DNA of 64,000 nt from Lytechinus pictus. Lineage: Eukaryota. The stretch is taken from positions 7,318,001 to 7,382,000 of the forward strand of contig NC_087252.1 in NCBI RefSeq assembly GCF_037042905.1, given 5' to 3'. Shown piece after piece: positions 51,809 to 64,000 of this stretch. The notes under the pieces were generated by a model. That model ran no database searches, had not been told where the DNA came from, and worked only from the letters and a program-made list of their open reading frames with translations. Every line of letters starts with the position of its first letter. The first letter of the stretch is position 1. A program made the translations under genes and the position numbers.

Positions 51809-54338
51809 CCTACTATCCCCATTGAAGTCAATGTATTATCTGTGTTGAATTGAGTTAACAATTTTGATAGGAGTTTCGTTTTGGATATTATGCATGTTTG
51901 GAAAATTTGTGAGCAAACAAACCAAACTGAAGATAAGTTTTGGTACATTTTAAACTTTTAGGTTGCCTACTATCCCCATTGAAGTCAATGTATTATCTGT
52001 GTTGAATTGAGTTAACAATTTTGATAGGAGTTTCGTTTTGGATATTATACATGTTTGGAAAATTTGTGAGCAAACAAACCAAACTGGAGATAAGTTTTGG
52101 TACATTTTAAACTTTTAGGTTGCCTACTATCCCCATTGAAGTCAATGTATTATCTGTGTTGAATTGAGTTAACAATTTTGATAGGAGTTTCGTTTTGGAT
52201 ATTATACATGTTTGGAAAATTTGTGAGCAAACAAACCAAACTGAAGAGAAGTTTTGGTACATTTTAAACTTTTAGGTTGCCTACTATCCCCATTGAAGTC
52301 GATGTATTATCTGTGTTGAATTGAGTTAAAAAAAATTATAGGAGTTTCGTTTTGGATATTATGCAAGTTTGGATAATTTGTGAGCAAACAAACTAAACTG
52401 AAGATACATGTAAGTTTTGGTACATTTTAAACTTTTAGGTTGCCTACTATCCCCATTGAAGTCAGTGTATTATCTGTGTTGAATTGAGTTAAAAATTTTG
52501 ATAGGAGTTTCATTTTGGATATTATGCAAGTTTGGAAAATTTGTGAGCAAACAAACAAAACTGAAGAGAAGTTTTGGTACATTTTAAACTTTTAGGTTGC
52601 CTACTATCCCCATTGAAGTCAATGTATTATCTGTGTTGAATTGAGTTAACAATTTTGATAGGAGTTTCGTTTTGGATATTATCCATGTTTGGAAAATTTG
52701 TGAGCAAACAAACCAAACTGGAGATAAGTTTTGGTACATTTTAAACTTTTAGGTTGCCTACTATCCCCATTGAAGTCGATGTATTATCTGTGTTGAATTG
52801 AGTTTAAAAAAATTTATAGGAGTTTCGTTTTGGATATTATGCAAGTTTGGATAATTTGTGAGCAAACAAACTAAACTGAAGATACATGTAAGTTTTGGTA
52901 CATTTTAAACTTTTAGGTTGCCTACTATCCCCATTGAAGTCAGTGTATTATCTGTGTTGAATTGAGTTAAAAATTTTGATAGGAGTTTCATTTTGGATAT
53001 TATGCAAGTTTGGAAAATTTGTGAGCAAACAAACAAAACTGAAGAGAAGTTTTGGTACATTTTAAACTTTTAGGTTGCCTACTATCCCCATTGAAGTCAA
53101 TGTATTATCTGTGTTGAATTGAGTTAACAATTTTGATAGGAGTTTCGTTTTGGATATTATGCATGTTTGGAAAATTTGTGAGCAAACAAACCAAACTGAA
53201 GATAAGTTTTGGTACATTTTAAACTTTTAGGTTGCCTGCTATCCCCATTGAAGTCAATGTATTATCTGTGTTGAATTGAGTTTAAAATTTTGATAGGAGT
53301 TTCGTTTTGGATATTATGCATGTTTGGAAAATTTGTGAGCAAACAAACCAAAGTGGATAAGTTTTGGTACATTTTAAACTTTTAGGTTGCCTACTATCCC
53401 CATTTAAGTCAATGTATTATCTGTGTTGAATTGAGTTAACAATTTTGATAGGAGTTTCGTTTTGGATATTATGCATGTTTGGAAAATTTGTGAGCAAACA
53501 AACCAAACTGGAGATAAGTTTTGGTACATTTTAAACTTTTAGGTTGCCTACTATCCCCATTGAAGTCGATGTATTATCTGTGTTGAATTGAGTTTTAAAA
53601 AATTTATAGGAGTTTCATTTTGGATATTATGCAAGTTTGGATAATTTGTGAGCAAACAAACAAAACTGAAGAGAAGTTTTGGTACATTTTAAACTTTTAG
53701 GTTGCCTACTATCCCCATTGAAGTCAGTGTATTATCTGTGTTGAATTGAGTTAAAAATTTTGATAGGAGTTTCATTTTGGATATTATGCAAGTTTGGAAA
53801 ATTTGTGAGCAAACAAACAAAACTGAAGAGAAGTTTTGGTACATTTTAAACTTTTAGGTTGCCTACTATCCCCATTGAAGTCAATGTATTATCTGTGTTG
53901 AATTGAGTTAACAATTTTGATAGGAGTTTCGTTTTGGATATTATGCATGTTTGGAAAATTTGTGAGCAAACAAACCAAACTGAAGATAAGTTTTGGTACA
54001 TTTTAAACTTTTAGGTTGCCTGCTATCCCCATTGAAGTCAATGTATTATCTGTGTTGAGTTGAGTTAACAATTTTGATAGGAGTTTCGTTTTGGATATTA
54101 TGCATGTTTGGAAAATTTGTGAGCAAACAAACCAAACTGGAGAGAAGTTTTGGTACATTTTAAACTTTTAGGTTGCCTACTATCCCCATTGAAGTCAATG
54201 TATTATCTGTGTTGAATTGAGTTAAAAATATCGATAGGAGTTTCGTTTTGGATATTATGCATGTTTGGAAAATTTGTGAGCAAACAAACCAAACTGAAGA
54301 GAAGTTTTGGTACATTTTAAACTTTTAGGTTGCCTACT
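51809..54338. repeat. 157-bp satellite-like tandem array, 16 units, with emerging higher-order repeats
   Basis: CCTACTATCCCCATTGAAGTCAATG starts at 51809, 51966, 52123, 52280, 52443 and so on to 54176, with a partial unit at 54333. Confidence 0.97.
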
Positions 54339-54411
54339 TCCCTTGAATTCACTTACTTCCTATATACTGCTTAATTTAGTCATGTGATTAGGAATGTGTG
54401 AATAAGTCTAA

Positions 54412-54827
54412 AGGCGACCACACACCATACAATTGGTCTGCGACCCGATTTTAGAATAAAATGTAGTAGAATTTGATGTTAATATTGAGACATTGAATAT
54501 CTTTACTGTGTAATGTTCTAAATCATCATACGAATACCTATATTCAAATCTGTGACTATGCTATCATCCTTCTTAGAATAAAAGCAAATTTAACATCTAG
54601 TCGTAATGACGTCATAGCAGTCGTACGATTGGCTACGATTTTAAACTAATTTGGCCTTTACTCCAAAATAATGGCTTGCAATCTTTCAAAATGGTTAAAT
54701 TAGTATTCTTTCAATTAATTTTAACCTTATATAAAATGATATGTCCCATTCACATTTTCAGAAAATGAACAAAATGCGATTTATTCCAAAATCAGATCGC
54801 GAACAGACGTAAGGTGTGTGGTGGCCT
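54412..54827. mobile_element. Harbinger-type MITE, TAA TSD
   Basis: TAA|AGGCGACCACACACC ... GGTGTGTGGTGGCCT|TAA. Confidence 0.85.
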
Positions 54828-54830
54828 TAA

Positions 54831-55417
54831 GACACCGTTCTCATTACAATCCTCAAAACTAGATTACTGGAAACCGGTTCAGGAAACCAGTTTGGAAGAT
54901 CGCTTTGCTAGCGGTCCCATTTGATCACCCAAAAGTGGATTTCAAAACCACTCCATGGCCACTACACGGAAAGCGATCTTCTTGCTATGGGTACGCTCTC
55001 AGTTCGTGCAAAATTCAAAACCGCAGCGTAGGCATGCTACACACAACATGTGCGAAGATTGCTTCTCGAGGAACGATTGTGTCCTCATTTGCGCTAAAAC
55101 CAGTTTAACGAGGCAAAGCGATCTTGAAAACCACATCGCGAGGTGGTTTTCTGAACCAGTTTGGAAGATCACTGGAGACCTTCAAATCTACGAAACTGAA
55201 GTCTTATCTTTTCTAACAGTATTAGTTATTGGCACTTTGACACTCATCCAAACTTTCTAATTCTTTCTTTTGTTGTGCGCCTCAGAATAGAATATTTCTA
55301 GATAGATGGCGCTATATAAATGCCTATTATTATTATTATCGCTTCCAAGACCGCTTTGATCATTCTCATTACACGTTTTCAGTAAATTAGTTTTAGGTCG
55401 GTAATGAGAATGGGGTC
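54831..55417. mobile_element. MITE abutting the previous element, containing a SINE-tail insertion
   Basis: GACACCGTTCTCATTAC / GTAATGAGAATGGGGTC; homologous to 20471-20945. Confidence 0.8.
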
Positions 55418-56156
55418 TTAGATCTGATGCACAATGACTATTATGTACAGTGTATGTGTATGTGTTCACTGATGCTTTTATAATAATTGTCTGGAAATTT
55501 GTTATAAAGGAACAAGTTTTGTTTTCACTTTCAGTAAGGATGGAGAAAGATGATGAATTACTTCTGATACATGTACAGTACTTGATCTCTTCTTGTTAAT
55601 TGCAGGGAAAGTTTTGATAGTTAAAGATACATTACCCTTTAAACAAAAATTAATATTCTTCTTGTACAAAACTAGAATCCAGAACATCATTAACACAATC
55701 AAACTTATTATCATCATTCGCGATGCGCTGTTGCGGGATGAAATTTTACAGAGGGACGCTTGAAGGATGTAGTTTTTTTTTCGCTTTCTCATTTTTATTT
55801 CCCCGTTCAAAAGTCGATGTGGAAAATATTAAGTATGAATAACATTATATGTAAAAGTCAACTTCACCCTTCAAGAGTGTTGGAAAGGGTAAATTTGGGA
55901 AATCAAGGCAAAAGAGAAAGTTGTTTTCACTCATTGAAAAAAAACCAGAGGAGCAGAGAGGTGAAAGTTTGAAAATAATGTATAAACAAGCTGTGAATTT
56001 TTTATATGTAAATGTAGTAAGAGCAGTATTGGAGTTTCATAATTGCCTCTTACAATATGATATTATGATGTAGGATAGGGACAATGTTCCTCTGATTCGC
56101 CATGTAAATATTTTGTGCTTTATTTTCTTTCATTTAAATTAAATATAAATATATAC

Positions 56157-56207
<51 letters not shown>

Positions 56208-57617
56208 TTTACATTTACCAGTATTAGTAAACTACAATACAGTGTTAGTAAAAAAAAAACTTGACACCTCACAAATCCCCATTTTAAGGGGAAAATATGT
56301 CATGAAAAACATAAATATGGCTGAAGAGAGTATCTTCTCCAATTAATTTGATACCATATTCATGTGGTATCTATTAATGCTTGGATAATAATCATTAGGT
56401 ATTCTTTGCAGTGAAGTCAACTTTGACTTGTGCCAGAGTAAGGCATGACTTCAATGAATGAACCCCATAGATGCCAATGTCATAACCCTTACCCTACATG
56501 TACATGTACATGAGTTGTAGTAAACATACTGGCAAATCCCTTTTCATTATTGAAATTAACTTGAGAATTGATACTAAATAGGGTTTATCTATAATGAAAA
56601 TTATTGAAAAGGTGTTTTGAAATAGATGTAAATGCAACCGTTGTAGGATTATTAACATCTGAATTTATTCATTGCAGTCATGCCTTACTAACTTTGATGC
56701 AAATCAAAACTTACATCACTGCAAAGAACACCTCCTTGTCATCCAAGGCATTAACACAGACCACAACCTGTAATGTGTTAAATATGTTTTTAAATTATTT
56801 GGAAAACATACTCTTTCATGCCATAAAAGTATATAAAATTGTGTTTTTCATGACATAATTTTTCCTTTAATTGGCCATTTGTGAGGTGTCAATTTTTTTT
56901 TTTTTACTCACTGGGTAGAATTTTAAATTTTGTTTTTGTCCCCATGAACAGGGATGACTGGATTCACCTCACACCAACCAAAAAATTACTTTTTTTCTTT
57001 CCAGGGCTCTTTTTGGAGAAACTTAAAAATTTTCCAGGGCTACTTTTTCATTTTCCAGGGCTCTTTTTCCACTTTCCAGGGCTACAATTTCTACTTTCCA
57101 GGGCTACAATTTCTGGAGCTATTTCGCGGCTTTTTTGCGTTTGTGTATGTGTGTGTGTGTATATATATACACGGTAGCTAGCATATACCAGGGAAGTATA
57201 ACACTTCCCTGGTTTGACCTTCGCATTGTTTCTTCGAAGTGATTGTTTATGATTTTAGTGTTGTGATGATAGATGGATTTTGATGCTTGAACGATATCTG
57301 AGTTGATTCATGGACCTAATACAGACCTATTCAGATTAAATCATGGAGGTAGAACCTCCATGAATTAATCCAAGTTTGAATGTTTGATACTTGGTTGACG
57401 TGAGCTTTGCGTGTTTACTATTTAGTGTTATAGCCCATTTGTCAAATTAATCTAGAAAGATCTGTATTCGTGTCTAAAGACAATGTAAAAGAAAAAGAAA
57501 GTTCTGAATTTGTACAATTCTGAGGTAATTTATTTTATCATACAATATAGGTACCTGCAAATGTTATGAAGTTGAACAAATATCCTTCGTACATATTTGA
57601 CTGAAAGTTATTTAAAT

Positions 57618-59466
57618 TAGTGCTGCAAGTCAGGCGCCATGTTCGGGTTCGGTTCGGTTCGGCAAGGTTCGGCAGAAATTTGCCGAACATTGGTTCGGTT
57701 CGGGGTTCGGTAATGATAGACTGATAAAGCTATAGTTCATTCAGGTACGTAGCGTACCGGTAGCAATTTGTACTTGATTGACTGCATGTGCTCGCGTGTA
57801 CCTCTGTCACATCAAACCATTTTATCTCTATCTTGTTGACATGAAACTATGAAAGTTATAGCGCTCAACGAATCAACTGTTATCTCGAATTTGATTATCT
57901 GATGACAGATTTATTGGGTAACTCACAGTTCTAAAATGGCGACTCTTCCTAGTCGTCCATACCTGGACCACACTTTGGATACTTGCCAAATTAACTACGC
58001 TCGCACTCGACTCGTACCAGCTAGGCCATGCCAGCGCATGCAGTCCCCTTGTAGCGGGACTCTGAGCTCATGAATATTTATATATACAGTCCGTCCAAAC
58101 GTGATTGGCAATTGCATCACATACGAGGCGGCCAGCGCCAGTGCACTGAACTGTAGGCATAGTCGGGCCAGGGGCGTGTCGAAGAAAGCGTGCTTATGTA
58201 ATGCGCCTTTCGCTAATTCGCTCGATGGGTGAACTAAACCACCAATCGCATGTCGCTGATTGTCGCATCGGTACATACAGCCACGTGCTTTGTCTGCTCG
58301 CGAAACTCAGCTCACTGATTGAAGAGCAATTCCCGAGATTTCTATGATTTCATTGGTCAGATTTCATTCGACCATAAACATACAGACCAAGTGGGATGCA
58401 AAGTTTTACGACTGTAATGGGATAGGGGGAGTAGAGTGATCATCGAATTGTTTATGGTTAATTTGAGAAGTTGATAAGAAAGGGAAAAAAAAGTAAAGAA
58501 TGGGGGTCATTTTCCCCCAAGAGATGAATGTTTCCGCATGGCTTTATCTTCATTTAACTTGTCAACGAGGGGAAGGGGATCTTGCTATATTCTATACCGT
58601 AATCATTCATGAGTGTTTGATTTTTATTTTCATCTGATTGTTAATAATAAAAAAGATAACTTCACCTCATCTCATTTCTATATTATTTGTTTTGCGTCTC
58701 TCCTTTCCATCTCTAACAGTCACTCACTTTATTTCCCACTTTCACTGGATCTCTCGTTTTCAAAACTCTTTACTTCTCTCTAAAATCATGAAAACTAGAC
58801 AGTAGCGAGCCGACACCTCAATAATAATGTAAATCACCTCAATCAGATCTTTATTCTCCGCCGCAACAATAAATGAGTTACGATCTTAATCACATCGTAT
58901 CGTAATTCGTAATATTAATGGTACTTCATCTTTCACTTTCAGTTTATTGAGCTCGTTCATTCAAAATACTTTGAAGATTTTCAAACAAGAATCTTGTTCG
59001 CCACCTAAAAACAACAATATTTTAGATAATTAGATTTAACCAATGAACACTCAAACAGTTTTGGTTTTCGAAAACCATGCTTCGGCGATTCGGCCACAGA
59101 GCGAGAGATGATGAAAGCCAGTAAAATGATTATAGCGCAAGCTCGCGCAACATCGTTCATCGGATCTCCTTTCTTAATCAGGGCCGTAAAAACCACAATG
59201 TCAACATGAAAATGAAAACAAAATCTAGTAACCGCGAAATAAGCGCATACTTCCAACATACAATTGCAAAGAAGATTAAATAGAGAATGCGCAAATATAA
59301 TGATTAGAAAGGGTGTAAACTTATAAATTTATTAGCTGAAAGCCGTTTTTTTTTTTTTTTGCCGAACTTCCGAACCAAGTCTTAGTGTTCGGTTCGGTTC
59401 GGTTCGGTTCGGAAGTGCCATGTTCGGCGAACTACCGTTCGGTTCGGCGGTTCGGCTACAGCACTA
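57618..59466. mobile_element. Non-autonomous hAT (Ac-like) element, 1849 bp
   Basis: TIR TAGTGCTGCA / TACAGCACTA; perfect 8-bp TSD ATTTAAAT; subterminal (GTTCG)n arrays at both ends; no transposase ORF. Confidence 0.92.
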
Positions 59467-60636
59467 ATTTAAATGACACTTTTTAAAAAAGACTTAAAAT
59501 TATTCATACAAAATAATGATATAAGTCATAAAGGTCATTGAATTGTTAAGCGTTCGTATCAGTTACACAGATTCATGACAAAAAGGCCTACCAGAACCAA
59601 AACTGGCAATTTCCATCATCCATCATGAATGCCTAGCCTTGCACAGCCTCTAATTGAAATGAACTTATATCCACGTCTTTGCAAATTTTACCTGACCTAA
59701 TTTCTCCACACAGTGAGAGAGGCCATGTGGCAGCCAAACCAAAACAGAATGAAAAGGGCGGCAATCTCGTACCCCCCCCCCCCCCACCACCACCACAAGA
59801 ATATCAGATTTCCAAACATGTGCTTCTCAAGATTGTGCAATGCATGACGGAGACAAAGAAAGTTATGTAAACAAATTGCCGAGGGTTGATGTCCCTGAAT
59901 TAAGGGGCTAGTCTACGTTTTCAGTCACTTAAGAAAATGGCGAACTGGCCAAAGGTGAAATACATCATTGAAAAAAATGAATGTTTGGATTGAAATAACG
60001 AAGATTAAATGAAATATGACTGAAAAATATCCATAGTTGAATCTCTACTTTTATTACTGACAGAACAATAACATCATTTTTTTTATTAACTTCTTGCCAA
60101 TATTCCAATAAGGCAAGACTCCCATTTAAGACTAGAATGAAAGAAAAAAAATCAAAGCGTGATTTTTTTTAAAGGGATAGACGAGACTCTTGTTTTGAAC
60201 AGAGATATAAAAATATTTAAAAACAAACAAGAGGTGATAAACACTTCATTAAAATTATAATGAAGTTCGTAGTGAATTACAACTTGTAAAAGGAGAAATT
60301 AACAAGAATAATAGGGAAATAAAGTTTGGAAGAAAAGAAGGAATGAGGAGAGACAAGCTTTGGGGGGAAGGATCAAGATGGGTGGCTGCAGCTCGACATG
60401 GGGCTAGATAAATGGGAGGGGGGGAGCAATCATCTATCAAGTCGCCCAAAATCTTACACCTTCACCAAACTTCTCACACAATCCACACACAAATCCCAGT
60501 TCATGATACAACCACAAGTGTCGCTCAACACATGCGCACGTGGTCTCTACTGGCATTTTACAGTCACACACACAGAAATACACACGTACACTACACACGA
60601 TGCATCCCCATACCACATGCAGTCACACTGAGCCTA

Positions 60637-62075
60637 ATGCCTAGTTGACACTTTCACGATTTTTGGTCCCGCACTGCCCCGCAATGAATGCGTGCCAGTG
60701 CGTGACACTTTATGGCACGACTTGGCTATATCAGTTCACGCAATGTCCCGACACGTTCACGACATGTTTGCGCATTGTTTGCGCATAGTTCGCGCATAGT
60801 TCACGCAGTGTTCACGCACTGTCCCGACGTGCTTTCAGCAAATATTCTCGACACCCTATTTCTGTGACGTATCTAGCGCAAATTTAAATATTCAACGTTC
60901 TGGTGTTGACACCCTCTACGTTCGTTGATTAGAACGACTCACATTGATCACGTGGTCTGCACTCACAATTTTGCGCATGTCATTCGCGAACTATGCGTGA
61001 AGTATGCTTGACCTATGCGCAAAGTATGCGCGACCCTGTCGTGAACTAGTCGCGAACTGCGTGCCACTACCCCGGGGGTGGGGTACCCACTGTTTTTACG
61101 CCACGCACTGGCACGCATTGGCACGACTTGTTTGCGCATAGTTTGCGCACAGTTCACGCACTGCTGCAATGCGGGAAGTGCGTGGCAAAATTTTCAACAT
61201 GTTGAAAAATTTTTTTCGCTCTTCACGCATTGCTGCGCATTGCCGCTCATCGTCCCGCCCCTTCCCGCAAGTGTCGACGCATTGGCACGCATGACGCAAT
61301 ATCAGTGCGTGAACTATGCGGGAACCGAAAATCGTGAAAGTGTCAACTAGGCATTATATGCCTAGTTGACACTTTCACGATTTTTGGTCCCGCACTGCCC
61401 CGCAATGAATGCGTGCCAGTGCGTGACACTTTATGGCACGACTTGGCTATATCAGTTCACGCAATGTCCCGACACGTTCACGACATGTTTGCGCATTGTT
61501 TGCGCATAGTTCGCGCATAGTTCACGCAGTGTTCACGCACTGTCCCGACGTGCTTTCAGCAAATATTCTCGACACCCTATTTCTGTGACGTATCTAGCGC
61601 AAATTTAAATATTCAACGTTCTGGTGTTGACACCCTCTACGTTCGTTGATTAGAACGACTCACATTGATCACGTGGTCTGCACTCACAATTTTGCGCATG
61701 TCATTCGCGAACTATGCGTGAAGTATGCTTGACCTATGCGCAAAGTATGCGCGACCCTGTCGTGAACTAGTCGCGAACTGCGTGCCACTACCCCGGGGGT
61801 GGGGTACCCACTGTTTTTACGCCACGCACTGGCACGCATTGGCACGACTTGTTTGCGCATAGTTTGCGCACAGTTCACGCACTGCTGCAATGCGGGAAGT
61901 GCGTGGCAAAATTTTCAACATGTTGAAAAATTTTTTTCGCTCTTCACGCATTGCTGCGCATTGCCGCTCATCGTCCCGCCCCTTCCCGCAAGTGTCGACG
62001 CATTGGCACGCATGACGCAATATCAGTGCGTGAACTATGCGGGAACCGAAAATCGTGAAAGTGTCAACTAGGCAT
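60637..62075. mobile_element. Head-to-tail dimer of a 718-bp CpG-rich TIR element
   Basis: 27-bp perfect TIR ATGCCTAGTTGACACTTTCACGATTTT; copies at 60637-61354 and 61358-62075 with period 721; the ORF track repeats identically. Confidence 0.92.
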
Positions 62076-63396
62076 ATGACTCCTCGGCTCCAAATTCTAC
62101 ATTTATTTTATCTCAGTGCTTGGAGTCGGCGCTGGGGCCGATTTTCGTCCATGAATGAGAGAGCATGGCAAAGACTCGAGTCCCTTTATCTCAGAACCGC
62201 CGCCGCTTGGTACTCGAGTCTCCAGAGATCAGGGTCGACTCCCCGACTCTGGCATTGAGAATCGGGTAGACTCGATTACCCGGCGCTGGCTCCCAAGCCT
62301 AGTTGACGGGGGCGATTATGAGTTTTGCAGTCGCCCTCGTGTGAATGTTTTTAGCCCTTTTCCGGGGCTCTTTTTGGACTTTCCTGGGCGAATTCGCCCG
62401 CCGCCCCCGTGTAATTTTTTGGTTGCCTCACACTCGAAGCAATTGCCCCTTACCCCCTCCCTCCACTGTGCAAGATTCAGTTCATCCTCCATCCTAAACC
62501 AAACCCTCATACTCTCCTCCTCCACTTGCCTCTTACATTCCTTCTTTGGCTGTCTCCTCCTCCTTGAACCAACCCCCACCTCGGCAATGTAGATACATGT
62601 ACATGCATCTACAGTGTATCTACAGGAAAGTGGCCTTTTCCCTTAAAATATGAAGATGTACAGTATTTATAGGCATGTAGCCTGCCTCTGATTTTCTAGT
62701 ACCAATTGAGAAACGAAAGCTATTAAAGAGCACATGAGTTCAATATCTCAAAATATAGGCCGGGACATGCATGTGAGTTCAAGAAGGGCGTTAGCATTCT
62801 ATTGTCTGTATCAGGCAATGTATAATTGCCACTTGGTATATTTTGTATCAGTACATACATGTATGTATGTACTTTCCATCTGTCTCATCCCACATGGTCT
62901 AATCCTACATGTAGTTAGTCTACAACTAGTTTGTCTATTTGGTCTAATTGCCAAGAGAGAATACCATTTTAGACCTATCTAATTACCAGTTAGGCTAGAC
63001 CCACTTTGTCTTTTTTAATTATAGTTGACACTGGCTACATGTATATGGTTAGATGAAACAAGTAATATTTTGTAAAATTAGACCATCTACATGTAGGTAT
63101 TAGACCAAGAGATATTAGACCAAGTGATAGATGTTAATAGACAAAGTGATAGTGGACCACAGGGTAATAGCCCAACTTGATGGTAAACCAAATCGGTTTC
63201 GCCGAGATGGGGTTAGAGTTAGAGTAGACGATCTGCGAAGTAGAAAGACTTCTAGCAGACCAAGAAAATAGTGGGGCCTAGTATGGGGACACAGACCCTG
63301 ATTGAAACTTCGATCAACAAGTGGGTCTCCACACAAAGACTAGCAAGAGGGCATTCAGTAAACAGGGCATCATAGGCTGCACATCCAGACCCTTAA

Positions 63397-63791
63397 AGAT
63401 AAATGCCAGTTGTGGTAACGATTTCAAAATGAGTTTGTACAGAATCCAATGAAATGACCACCGAAGTGTCTGTTTGTATAAATAAAAATATGTGCCAAAG
63501 GATTCTGGAAGAAATTGTGTAATTGCTGAGAAATTAGCAAATAAGCACGGGATTCAGGTCAAGCGTCGGGCCGACATTCAAAGCAATAATTATACACTGT
63601 CCCACGTGCGCTTAGCTGTGTTGGTGATCTTCAGTGTGAACATTTTTCAGTGTAGATTTCAAGATTTCACAAAGTTCAGTTTATGTAACTGTACCAGATC
63701 TAGATCCTCGATAATATAGCATGACAATTAAGCCTGGTTTTACAGACTTTCTCGTGAAATCAGTGTTTACTGCAACTACTTTCATTTATCT
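63397..63791. mobile_element. TTAA-flanked MITE (Kolobok-like); decayed partial copy at ~51160-51527
   Basis: TTAA|AGATAAATG..AGTTG ... CAACTACTTTCATTTATCT|TTAA. Confidence 0.8.
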
Positions 63792-64000
63792 TTAACACGA
63801 ATGTAAGGGTTTGCACAGCAGACTGATAAGGGCCCTTCTTACCTCTCTGCTGAGTCTGCTGGTAGCTCTTCAAACATTAGGAATGACATTGCATGAACTT
63901 GTAAATGAAGGCTATTTTGATGTTTCCAACAAATTTCAATTTTGAAACTGAAAGCTCATATTATCATAAATAAACAAAAGACCTCGTATTTTATGGTTGA

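Noticed and set aside
57618..62592. Transposase or other genes within the hAT element, the dimer and the 62155-62592 ORF
   Set aside because: ORFs are short, without DDE, zinc-finger or other recognisable motifs, and are expected by chance in GC-rich repeats.
46142..64000. Upstream CBL TKB, linker and RING exons
   Set aside because: No CKIC, PCGH or TKB-like peptide was recognised; they probably lie beyond the window, implying an intron over 18 kb.

Overview
AT-rich eukaryotic (non-bacterial) DNA. The repeat families and gene content suggest a sea urchin or other echinoderm, which is an inference. Two host genes converge. AAR2 (+ strand) has a single-exon CDS at 12591-13721 and probably an ~8.4-kb 5'-UTR intron. 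The 3' half of a CBL E3 ligase (- strand) has six phase-compatible exons from 45914 to 24572, running from the RING end through the Pro/Tyr-rich region to the UBA domain; its upstream exons were not found in the window. The rest is non-autonomous mobile DNA: hAT, Harbinger, Kolobok-like and Tc1/pogo MITEs, a Helentron/DINE-like element, SINE pieces and 120-, 163- and 157-bp tandem arrays. Most notable: (1) a 5'-complete, ORF1-only L1/Tx1-type retroelement with a 16-bp TSD (HAL1-like); (2) pervasive TACATGTA motifs that align as TA->TACATGTA insertions, matching Tc1-type excision footprints; (3) frame-preserving candidate micro-exons inside the CBL RING intron, one a shrunken duplicate of the CPFC exon; (4) serial duplication of exon-end/5'-splice-site junctions behind two consecutive CBL exons; (5) a nested hAT stack in which both inner elements hit the same GTCCCC motif. 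All coordinates and counts were read by eye; no searches were run.
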